A stretch of DNA of 32,000 nt from Thermodesulfobacteriota bacterium. GTDB taxonomy: Bacteria; Desulfobacterota; WTBG01; JAGOGO01. Under the pieces are notes generated by a model that made no database searches, was not told the origin of the DNA, and saw only the letters and a list, made by a program, of their open reading frames with translations. The translations under genes were made by a program, and so were the position numbers. The stretch is from assembly GCA_026625185.1 (NCBI GenBank), contig CP113000.1:945622-977621 (forward strand), written 5' to 3'. This document shows positions 8,843 to 16,703 of the stretch, piece after piece (the first letter of the stretch is position 1; every line of letters begins with the position of its first letter).

Positions 8843-10006
8843 TTAAGACAACGCTGACCAAAAAGGGGACATCTCCCGCAATCGGCCGATAATGGAAGGC
8901 AATTTTTCAATAATGTATGAAATATCTCCTTCCGTGTTATACCGGCTCAGGCTAAACCGGACCGACCCGTGAATCGCATTAAACGGAACACCCATCGCCC
9001 GCAACACATGGGATGGTTCCAAAGAACCGGAGGTGCAGGCTGAGCCTGAGGAAGCGCCGATCCCCTCTTTACTCAAGAGAAGCAGGATAGATTCTCCTTC
9101 CACACTCTCGAAGCTAATATTTAAAGTGTTGGGTAGACGATTTCCTTGATCTCCATTAACCCGAGCCTTGGGAATGCTCTTAAGGAGCTCAATCTCCAGA
9201 CGGTCACGAAGATTACCAATCCGGATTCGTTCTTCCTCCATATAGGATTGAGCCAGCTCGCAAGCCTTCCCGATCCCCACGATATAGGGCACATTCTCAG
9301 TGCCCGCTCTCCGGCCATGCTCCTGATGTCCGCCGATGAGCAGGGGAGAAAACCTCGTTCCTTTTCTGATGTACAATACACCTACACCTTTTGGAGCGTG
9401 GAGCTTGTGCCCGGAAAGAGAAAGAAAATCCACCGGCAGCGTGGAAAGGTTAAGAGGAATTTTACCTCCCGCCTGAACCGCGTCAGTATGAAAAACAATG
9501 CCCCGGTCTTTTACTATCTGCCCAATCTGCTCGATCGGGAAGACCACACCCGTTTCATTATTGGCATACATGATGCTGACAATCGCAGTATCATCACTGA
9601 GGGAGTTTTGTAGTTCATCAAGGTTAAGCCTCCCCAAACGGTCCACAGCAAGCTCAGTAACCTTATATCCGTTTTTTTGCAGATGACGGCAGTAATGCAA
9701 AACCGCATTGTGCTCAACTTTGGTGGTTACAATATGACGTTTTTCCGGATACGAGGCGAGCGTTCCGTGGATGGCGGCATTATCACTTTCCGTGCCGCAA
9801 CTGGTAAACACAATCTCTTCAGGGTCAGCGTTAAGCAGGCTCGCAACCTGCTCTCGGGCATAGATCAAATGCTTTTCTACCTGTGCGCCAAAATGATGCA
9901 TGCTCGACGGGTTTCCGTAGAGGTCCTCAAAAAAAGGCAGCATCGCCTCTTTCACTTCTGGAGCCACCCGGGTGGTAGCATTATTGTCCGCATAAACCTC
10001 CTTCAT
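8843..10006 (-). CDS. nifS: cysteine desulfurase NifS
   Basis: The PLP lysine context (SGHKLHAPKGVG) and the active-site Cys loop (SSGSACTS) are present. The start overlaps the nifU stop by 4 nt. Confidence 0.92.
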   Translation of the reverse strand: MKEVYADNNATTRVAPEVKEAMLPFFEDLYGNPSSMHHFGAQVEKHLIYAREQVASLLNADPEEIVFTSCGTESDNAAIHGTLASYPEKRHIVTTKVEHNAVLHYCRHLQKNGYKVTELAVDRLGRLNLDELQNSLSDDTAIVSIMYANNETGVVFPIEQIGQIVKDRGIVFHTDAVQAGGKIPLNLSTLPVDFLSLSGHKLHAPKGVGVLYIRKGTRFSPLLIGGHQEHGRRAGTENVPYIVGIGKACELAQSYMEEERIRIGNLRDRLEIELLKSIPKARVNGDQGNRLPNTLNISFESVEGESILLLLSKEGIGASSGSACTSGSLEPSHVLRAMGVPFNAIHGSVRFSLSRYNTEGDISYIIEKLPSIIGRLREMSPFWSALS

Positions 10007-10851
10007 GATTTCACCTCCACCACGACAATATCTTCACTCACCAGTTCACGTAACTTCCCCTCCACATATTTTTCCAGGGTGAAACCGGAGCTGGGACACG
10101 AACTGCACATGCCCCGCAGAGCCACAAATACTCGATTGCCGTCCATATCAATAAGGTCAATATCCCCTCCATCAGCCTTTAAAGCAGGCCGGATTTCCCT
10201 TTCCAGGGTTTCTTCCACCAGCTTCATTTTCTGAATGTTACTGAGCCTCTTCTTAGGAGCGGGAACCTCTCTGGGAACTTCCTGCTTTTGCTCCCCCTGC
10301 GCGAGGGCAATTAAAGCCTCAATCTTAGGATGACAGGTCTCACATCCCCCGCCCGCTTTGGTGTAGTTTTTGACTTGCTCAACCGTGGTAAGCCCATTTT
10401 CCCTTACAGCACGGATAATCTCTGTATCAGTAATGCCAAAACACTGGCAGACGATCTCCCCCTCCTCCTTTTTCCCCACATCAACCTTGCGATAATTCGC
10501 AATCGCCGCCTCAAGCGCCTCCCGCCCCATAACCGAACAGTGCATTTTTTCCTGAGGCATTCCATCAAGATAATCGGCAATGTCTCGATTGGTAATTTTT
10601 TCTGCTTCTTCTAAAGTCTTTCCAATGATCATTTCGGTCAAGGCTGAGGCTGAAGCAATCGCGCTTCCACACCCGAAGGTTTGAAATTTAGCATCACTGA
10701 TCATTCCCTTTTCATCCAGTTTGATCATCAGCTTTAGGGCATCGCCGCACGCTAATGACCCCACTTCTCCCACCCCGTCCGGATTTTCAATGATGCCGAC
10801 ATTCCGGGGATTGTAAAAGTGGTCTTTAAGCTTTTCCGAATAATTCCACAT
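10003..10851 (-). CDS. nifU: three-domain NifU Fe-S assembly protein
   Basis: It has an N-terminal IscU-like domain (ACGD, FGCGSAIA, MHC), a central BFD-like [2Fe-2S] domain (CQCFGIT...CETCHP) and a C-terminal NifU domain (CSSCPSS). Confidence 0.92.
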   Translation of the reverse strand: MWNYSEKLKDHFYNPRNVGIIENPDGVGEVGSLACGDALKLMIKLDEKGMISDAKFQTFGCGSAIASASALTEMIIGKTLEEAEKITNRDIADYLDGMPQEKMHCSVMGREALEAAIANYRKVDVGKKEEGEIVCQCFGITDTEIIRAVRENGLTTVEQVKNYTKAGGGCETCHPKIEALIALAQGEQKQEVPREVPAPKKRLSNIQKMKLVEETLEREIRPALKADGGDIDLIDMDGNRVFVALRGMCSSCPSSGFTLEKYVEGKLRELVSEDIVVVEVKS

Positions 10852-11349
10852 AGTAGTGAACCTCCTGTGGATAATAACAAAATTTATTTTAATTATATCA
10901 TAAAGTTGGGTTCGTCAATAAAGAATTACGGAAAACCGACAATATGTGTCTGTTTTTAATAATGAAACCAAAATCCCTACCCTTTACGAAATTGTACTTA
11001 CTAACCGTAATTGTTTTATTTTTTGTTGACTTTTCACCTGTTTAATTTGCCTTATCCACTCTAATTCAATATAAAATCAGAAACGACTTAATCATATATA
11101 GGTTTGAAATTCTTCCCCGCTTCTTCTCATAGTTCGCACGGGGTTTTATTTCTTCCTCTTTTTTCTCCCTTCTTCAGAGATGATGGTCATTGCGTTGTAG
11201 CCCTTCTTAATCAACTCCCTATCGCCATACATTTAATGTATATTATCCATACATGATTTAAATATTAGCCTCCTTTTTCCTCTTTCCGTTTATTAGGTGT
11301 ATTCAATAAAACTTAGATTAATCAATTGGTTATCAAAATTTAGTTGAAC

Positions 11350-11364
11350 TGGCACGGCAAATGC
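11350..11364 (+). promoter_or_regulatory. sigma54-type -24/-12 element (TGGCACGGCAAATGC)
   Basis: The GG-N10-GC spacing is exact and the -24 half matches the TGGCAC consensus. The site is ~345 nt upstream of the TPP-enzyme ATG, so the target is uncertain. Confidence 0.3.
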
Positions 11365-11558
11365 TTTTTTAAGTCGTTGGATGGTTCTGGTTAAAAATAA
11401 TTATCCGAAACTTTGCGGACGAAAGGGGTGAAAGAATGTCAGGGTTAATAAAAATTAAAGTCAAACCAGCAGCCAGTTAATTATACAAGTTTAGAAACTT
11501 TGACCTGCTCTTTCCATAGATTGAGGGGTTTTTTTATTGGCAGGATATCTCATTTTTA

Positions 11559-11586
11559 TTGACTTATTTCCTTCCAGGGTTATAAG
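11559..11586 (+). promoter_or_regulatory. sigma70-like promoter (TTGACT-N16-TATAAG)
   Basis: The hexamers were read directly. The site lies ~120 nt upstream of the 11708 ATG. Confidence 0.4.
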
Positions 11587-11707
11587 GATTAACATGATCT
11601 TTACAGTTAAATTATGGGGGAGGTATTAGCCCTAATGATTTTGATATGAGGAATGTCTGTTAATTGAATTCTTTTACAATACTTGTGAAAAGAATGCGAG
11701 GCAGGGT

Positions 11708-13255
11708 ATGAATGGCGCTCAACTAATCATGAGAACAGCTATTAAGGCTGGTATTGAGGTATGCTTTACCAACTTTGGAACAACCGAAATGCCATTAGCT
11801 CTGGCTTTTGACACGCAACCAGGAGTCAAACCTATATTGGGCTTGTTTGAAGGCGTTTGCACTGGAGCAGCAGATGGTTATGGCAGAATGATGGATAAAC
11901 CTGCTTTGACTCTTTTACATTTGGGTCCTGGGCTCGCTAACGGAGTTGCTAACCTGCATAATGCTAAAAGAGCTAAAACTCCAATAGTGAATCTGATTGG
12001 TGAACATACTAGCCAGCATGTTAATCTGGATGCCCCCCTTTCAATGAACATTGAAGCCCTTGCCAGTACAATATCCGGATGGTACAAAACCAATCAATCT
12101 CCCATGGAACTATCTAAAGATTTGGCTGACGCCATTATAGCCTCTCAATATGGACAAATATCCACCCTTATAATACCTAACGACTATCAACAGGAAGAAG
12201 TTACAAACGGTAAAGTTGCTATTTCTCATTTTCCCTTTGATCCAATCGATGAAAATGTCATTGATTGCGCAGCTCAGCTCATGAGGAACCATCATAAAGT
12301 GGCATTGATTATAGGTGGGAGGGCTTTGCGTAAAAAAGGTTTGCTGGCCGCGGCGCGCATTAAAGAACTGAAGGATTGCGACCTCCTTACTGACTGTTTC
12401 CCAAGCTACATGGAAAGAGGGATGGGTTTCCCTGAAATAATCCGAATCCCCTATTTCCCTGAACCAGCAATTGAACTATTATCTCGCTATGAGGCTGTAG
12501 TGATATCCGGCACTAAAGAGCCTGTAGGGTTTTTCGGTTATAAGGGTATCCGAGGCAAATTGCTCGCGGAAGACCAATCCCGTATAATTATAAATTCCAA
12601 TAAGCAAAATCCCATTGAGGCTCTGGAATGTCTGGCTGACGCCCTGGGCTGCTCTAAAGAAATTTCACCAAGAATAACCGCAGCAAGGCGTTATCCTTCT
12701 GTTGCTCAGGGAGAGCTTACCACCGAAAAAGCTTGCCAAACCCTTGCGGCAGTTCAGCCTGAAGGCGCCATTATTGTGGATGAGGGCATCTCCTCCGCAT
12801 TCCCCTATTACTCTTTAAGCCATGGCCTCTTGCCCCATACTATGATTACCATCGCCGGAGGTTCCATTGGGTACGGTATGCCATGCTCTATAGGAGCGGC
12901 TATAGCTTGTCCTGATAGACCGGTAATTAACTTGCAGGCAGACGGAAGCGCTATGTATACGGTACAGGCATTATGGACGCAGGCTAAGCAAGCTTTAAAC
13001 GTTACTACCTTAATTTGTTCCAACCGTCGTTATAACATTCTGAAAATGGAAATGGAGCGGGCCGGCATTAAATCTATTGGTCCTAATGCTAAGGCACTTA
13101 TTGATATTGAGAATCCACCTGTTAATTGGACCAAAATGGCTGAAGCTATGGGGGTCTCGGCAGTTTCAGTATGCACAGGGGAAGCACTGGCAAAGGAAAT
13201 TCAGGGGGCTTTATCTGGAAAAGGGCCCTATTTAATAGAGATGGTTTTAAAGTAA
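11708..13255 (+). CDS. thiamine-diphosphate-dependent enzyme of the acetolactate synthase / benzoylformate decarboxylase superfamily (stand-alone, no small subunit)
   Basis: The N-terminal Pyr domain carries the catalytic Glu context (GTTEMPL). The C-terminal PP domain has a variant ThDP motif (ADGSAMYT...CSNRRYN). The gene has visibly lower GC than its neighbours. Confidence 0.8.
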   Translation: MNGAQLIMRTAIKAGIEVCFTNFGTTEMPLALAFDTQPGVKPILGLFEGVCTGAADGYGRMMDKPALTLLHLGPGLANGVANLHNAKRAKTPIVNLIGEHTSQHVNLDAPLSMNIEALASTISGWYKTNQSPMELSKDLADAIIASQYGQISTLIIPNDYQQEEVTNGKVAISHFPFDPIDENVIDCAAQLMRNHHKVALIIGGRALRKKGLLAAARIKELKDCDLLTDCFPSYMERGMGFPEIIRIPYFPEPAIELLSRYEAVVISGTKEPVGFFGYKGIRGKLLAEDQSRIIINSNKQNPIEALECLADALGCSKEISPRITAARRYPSVAQGELTTEKACQTLAAVQPEGAIIVDEGISSAFPYYSLSHGLLPHTMITIAGGSIGYGMPCSIGAAIACPDRPVINLQADGSAMYTVQALWTQAKQALNVTTLICSNRRYNILKMEMERAGIKSIGPNAKALIDIENPPVNWTKMAEAMGVSAVSVCTGEALAKEIQGALSGKGPYLIEMVLK

Positions 13256-13432
13256 ATTAGTAGCCTATATGGTCTGGTTGTAGCGCTTTTTATATCATTG
13301 TCGTTTTGAATTCATCCCTTGTTTCAATTTTTGGCGACTTGGTTTTAAGAAATGCACTTAGACATAGCTGAATTGTAGTGGAAATGATTATATTTGATTA
13401 TTTATAATTTAGAATGCTAAAAAGGAAGGGGC

Positions 13433-13453
13433 AAGTCATTTGGTGACTTTTTT
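13433..13453 (+). terminator. rho-independent terminator-like hairpin
   Basis: AAGTCA tttgg TGACTT followed by TTTT. Confidence 0.45.
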
Positions 13454-13506
13454 CGCTTTCTGGGTGCTATTTTTATGTGGGAATATAGGCTTGAACTAAT
13501 AGGTGA

Positions 13507-13656
13507 ATAAAAGCTGGTCAATACGGGTTCGTGATCGGGCCTCCGGGATCAGGCAAGACCATGCTTTCTCGGCTCCTATCTTCTATTATTCTTCCTATGA
13601 CGATTGATGAAACGCTCGATGCGACCAAGGTTCACAGCGTGCTCGAATCTGAATGA
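13507..13656 (+). pseudogene. internal fragment of a YifB/ComM-type Mg-chelatase-like AAA ATPase gene
   Basis: The translation IKAGQYGFVIGPPGSGKTMLSRLLSSIILPMTIDETLDATKVHSV matches the Walker-A region and following helix of ComM/YifB (~500 aa proteins). It is bounded by stops on both sides, so only ~49 codons survive. Confidence 0.6.
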
Positions 13657-13869
13657 AACTTTGATTGTTCACTATAATGTAGCGCAGACAAGTTCAAACC
13701 TTTCTATGAAATTTGTTGAGTTCTTTGCCCGCGAACTCTCACCTGCGGAAATAGATAAATTAATTGATAAGTTGAAGGAGCCGAAAACTGATAAAGGTAT
13801 CTAAATTTTCCTTCCAACGTGCCAAAAGAAGAAAGTTTACAGAGATCAATCTAACCATTGTTATGCGAT

Positions 13870-14436
13870 ATGACTATAACCAATAATTCAATCGTATCAG
13901 AAAGGAATGTGTTGGTTGCCACCACCATATTTCTGCTCCAGCGGGGTCTCGTCCCTTATCAATTCTCTGTTGCAGCGGGCCAAGGACTCAAACGCACTGA
14001 TATGACTTCTCATCTTCGACAAGTATTTGCTTCTATCGGGCATTCGCCCAATTTTACTGGCAAAGGAGCGGACATTCTTGCCATATCTAAGAATGAGTGG
14101 TGGGCGGTGGAATGTAAAGGTTCGGGTGCAGGAAAAGCTCAGACTCAACGCAATAATTTTGACCGTGCTTTTGCAAGCGTTGTCTTCTATTACGAGGAGA
14201 AATCCCCAAGTCTTTAAGGAAATTATGCAAATGCGACCGTTTTCATAGCCCTTGCACTTCCAGACACCCAAGCCTACCTGAATGAATTAAGAAAAGGAGT
14301 GCGGATGCCTCTCAGAAAGCGTCTTAATCTGTGGGTTTTGCTCTATCAACGTGATAGCAGATTAATTCGGTCTGTAAGTCCAGATCAAGAGATATGGCTT
14401 GACACAAACCAAATCGTTCCACCGGATTGCCGATAA
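13870..14436 (+). pseudogene. PD-(D/E)XK nuclease-like ORF interrupted by an in-frame TAA (14215-14217)
   Basis: The motif GADILAISKNEWWAVECKG gives a D...ExK arrangement. The same frame stays open for 72 more codons after the TAA (GNYANATVFIALALPDTQAYLNELRKG...), and the downstream part has no start codon. Confidence 0.5.
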
Positions 14437-14460
14437 ATCCGTTTTCCGCTAACCTTTGCG

Positions 14461-14560
14461 TTACTAAAAAAAATTCTCTCTCTGTGCCCAGTTCTCACCC
14501 TTTTCCTCATCACAAGAAAGGCGTTTTGCCGGCGAAAGACCTCCGGGTCGTACTCTATTT
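14461..14560 (-). pseudogene. frameshifted 3' remnant of a 4-oxalocrotonate tautomerase paralog
   Basis: About 70 nt are ~80-85% identical by eye to the 3' end of the intact gene at 16028-16100. A 4-nt deletion breaks the frame (...RRQNAFLV / DEEKGENWAQRENFF*). Confidence 0.55.
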
Positions 14561-14568
14561 ATTAATTA

Positions 14569-14596
14569 TTGACAACTTCATTTTGTATAGATTAAT
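14569..14596 (+). promoter_or_regulatory. sigma70-like promoter TTGACA-N16-ATTAAT immediately upstream of prmA
   Basis: The hexamers were read directly. The -10 ends 9 nt before the prmA ATG and no SD is visible, so the mRNA may be leaderless or nearly so. Confidence 0.35.
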
Positions 14597-14605
14597 GATT
14601 TATTC

Positions 14606-15547
14606 ATGACAAAAGAAGAACCGGGAAAATGGCTGAAAATTGAAATAGCGGCCCCCGTAGAATTAATGGACGCAGTGGGAAATTTTCTCACGGAAACCGG
14701 CGCTCAGGGGGTGTTTCAGGAAACGTTAGGCACTCCATCTCAGGAAGAATTTGACGAAGTGCAATTTCGTGACGCGATCAAGGCTTATTTTGCGCACGAT
14801 GCCGCGAGCGAAGAACGAATTGCCGCTATCCAAAAATACCTAGAAAGCTTAAAGGAAATTTTTCCTGATATTCCAGCGCCGGTCTTGAAAACAGAAATCA
14901 TCAGCGATCCGGGCTGGGGAGAAGCGTGGAAAAAATATTTCAAAGCGGTCCGTGTCAGCAGCAATATTATCGTCAAGCCAACCTGGGAAAAATATGCGCC
15001 GTCCGGCCGTGATATTGTCATTGAAATTGACCCGGGCCTGGCCTTCGGGACCGGCCAGCATCCATCTACCAGAATGTGCATTGAAGCGCTCGAAGACATC
15101 ATGATGCACGATGCTTCCGTGCAAAACTGGAAAACGCTCGATGTGGGCTGCGGCACCGGAATTTTGGGCATTATCGCCGCCAGACTTGGCGCGCGCGATG
15201 TCCTCTGTCTGGACAACGATCCAAAGGCTACGGAAATTGCCGCGAAAAACGCCGCTGTTAATCTGGTTTCCGATCGGCTGCGAATTGTTAATCAGGATGC
15301 CCTGGCAATCAATGAACCACGGAATTTAATCATCGCCAACTTAACCTCCAAACTGCTTTTGAAACTGTGCCGGCACTTAACGCAATTGCTTGTGGCGGGT
15401 GGCTATATGATTATTTCCGGCATCATGGAAAAGGATAGCGGGGATATTGAAGCGAGCTTTTCTGTCGCTCCGTTAATACAACACCGGGTGATTAAAGAAA
15501 AAGAGTGGGTATGCTACCTTCTCAGGAAGGAAGCACCCGCCGTTTAG
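14606..15547 (+). CDS. prmA: ribosomal protein L11 methyltransferase
   Basis: PrmA architecture with the SAM motif LDVGCGTGILGI and the conserved GLAFGTGQHPST. Confidence 0.9.
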   Translation: MTKEEPGKWLKIEIAAPVELMDAVGNFLTETGAQGVFQETLGTPSQEEFDEVQFRDAIKAYFAHDAASEERIAAIQKYLESLKEIFPDIPAPVLKTEIISDPGWGEAWKKYFKAVRVSSNIIVKPTWEKYAPSGRDIVIEIDPGLAFGTGQHPSTRMCIEALEDIMMHDASVQNWKTLDVGCGTGILGIIAARLGARDVLCLDNDPKATEIAAKNAAVNLVSDRLRIVNQDALAINEPRNLIIANLTSKLLLKLCRHLTQLLVAGGYMIISGIMEKDSGDIEASFSVAPLIQHRVIKEKEWVCYLLRKEAPAV

Positions 15548-15615
15548 GCTGAGCGTATTTAAATTACCGCTTAAAATCAATAAAAGCGACTTAACCTGGC
15601 TCTGAGCTCTTTCAA

Positions 15616-15891
15616 TTATTTTGGCGGGTATCCGGACCGGATGCGTTCGAGGGCGGCTTGTATAGGCTGGGGATCAATGCGCCGCATGATGACCCCGATA
15701 TATTGTACCTGCCTGCGCCGGGCGCTGTTGCTTTTTATTTTGTGCACGAATTCGATGGCCGAAAGAAGCTCCTCCGGCAGAGCCATGGTTTTAAGCGTGC
15801 TGAGCGGAAGGTCCACCAGCTCTTCGCCCAGACGCTGCAGCGCCCGGTCTTCATTTTTTTTCTGGGTTCTGCTTTTATATTCCGTATCCAT
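15616..15891 (-). CDS. DUF615/YjgA-like ribosome-associated protein, short form (91 aa)
   Basis: SRTQKKNEDRALQRLGEELVDL...ARRRQVQYIGVIMRRIDPQPI matches the N-terminal half of YjgA. The C-terminal half present in the E. coli protein is absent. Confidence 0.65.
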   Translation of the reverse strand: MDTEYKSRTQKKNEDRALQRLGEELVDLPLSTLKTMALPEELLSAIEFVHKIKSNSARRRQVQYIGVIMRRIDPQPIQAALERIRSGYPPK

Positions 15892-16027
15892 TGTGCAGGA
15901 CTTCCCCTTTCGGTTTACTTACCATCAATCCCTATTAAAATTTTCTTCCGGCAGCGCGCTCGCGTTCTTCCCACAGAAGAACGGGTTTAAAGTATAGTTT
16001 ATACGATCTGAATCGCAACGCCCCCTT

Positions 16028-16207
16028 TTACCCAAAAAATTTCTCTCCCTGCGCCCAGTTCTCGCCCTTTACCTCATCGATCACCAGATAGGTGCTTTGC
16101 TTGGGTTTCCCGGCAACACGCAGAAGCGTGTCGCTGAATTCTTTCGCGATGGTCTCTTTCTGTTCCTTCGTTAATGTGCCAACAAGCTTTAAATTAATAT
16201 AAGGCAT
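16028..16207 (-). CDS. 4-oxalocrotonate tautomerase family protein (59 aa; below the ORF-track cutoff)
   Basis: My own translation is MPYINLKLVGTLTKEQKETIAKEFSDTLLRVAGKPKQSTYLVIDEVKGENWAQGEKFFG. It has the hallmark Pro immediately after Met and a beta-alpha-beta length. Confidence 0.75.
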   Translation of the reverse strand: MPYINLKLVGTLTKEQKETIAKEFSDTLLRVAGKPKQSTYLVIDEVKGENWAQGEKFFG

Positions 16208-16224
16208 CCTTTATTCTCCTCTGA

Positions 16225-16476
16225 TTAGAAATTAACCGCCAGCGCCCGCGGTGGGCAGGCTTTAATGCACAGCTCGCAGGCAATACATTTCTCATTGTTA
16301 AAAATAACCATCCTGGCCACGCGGTCAATAGCCAGCGCGCCGCTCGCACAAACCGCCAGGCACGCTCCGCAATGAACGCATCGGTTCTCATTACGAATAA
16401 TATCCTTGCCTAACGGTTGAATCGCCACCCCGGAGTTTTTTAAAAATTGGATTCCCTCTAAAGAAATTATCATCAC
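16225..16476 (-). CDS. 2x[4Fe-4S] ferredoxin domain, C-terminal part of the split NIL/ferredoxin
   Basis: It has two CxxCxxCxxxCP-type motifs (CVHCGACLAVCASG, CIACELCIKACPP). Its N-terminal ~25 aa (ISLEGIQFLKNSGVAIQPL) look like the end of a NIL domain. It overlaps the upstream ORF by 86 nt in another frame. Confidence 0.6.
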   Translation of the reverse strand: MMIISLEGIQFLKNSGVAIQPLGKDIIRNENRCVHCGACLAVCASGALAIDRVARMVIFNNEKCIACELCIKACPPRALAVNF

Positions 16477-16630
16477 CTTTTAGCTCTAAAACCAAAAGCC
16501 CCGCCTCCTCCGGCGTAATCTGGGCTTTGAGAATATTAAAGTCCAGATTGTACTGCTTCACCAGGCTGCAGACAATGGGCTGATCTACTAAAAGGGGAGG
16601 GAACTTGAGAACTATTTTTCGCGAAATCAC
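16391..16630 (-). CDS. NIL-domain protein, N-terminal part of an apparently split NIL/4Fe-4S ferredoxin
   Basis: The NIL-like start is KIVLKFPPLLVDQPIVCSLVKQYNLDFNILKAQITPEEAGLLVLELKG. The last ~25 residues look like out-of-frame readthrough. Confidence 0.6.
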   Translation of the reverse strand: MISRKIVLKFPPLLVDQPIVCSLVKQYNLDFNILKAQITPEEAGLLVLELKGDDNFFRGNPIFKKLRGGDSTVRQGYYS

Positions 16631-16703
16631 TTTGGGCCTTCTTTAAAAAGCAATTTCATAATGATCGTGATGTTATTTAATCTCTAATAATCAACACGTT
16701 GCG

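Noticed and set aside
11125-11240. 27-codon minus-strand micro-ORF (MYGDRELIKKGYNAMTIISEEGRKKRKK) followed by a CCCCG...CGGGG hairpin in the nifU upstream region.
   Set aside because: It has no convincing RBS and is very short. It sits in AT-rich sequence where such ORFs arise by chance. It is noted only as something a conservation check could revisit.
14215-14217. The in-frame stop in the nuclease-like ORF as a recoding event, given that selC is in the window.
   Set aside because: The codon is TAA, not TGA. tRNA-Sec decodes UGA only, and no SECIS-like hairpin follows. A nonsense mutation is simpler.
14427-14609. 60-aa plus-strand ORF just upstream of prmA, and the 13604-13804, 13897-14271 and 14027-14248 ORFs.
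   Set aside because: ORF 14427-14609 lies on top of the tautomerase remnant and the prmA promoter. The others overlap the ComM fragment or the nuclease-like pseudogene in alternative frames and have no coding signal. Only the last 32 codons of 13604-13804 (from the ATG at 13709) could be real, and I cannot support that.
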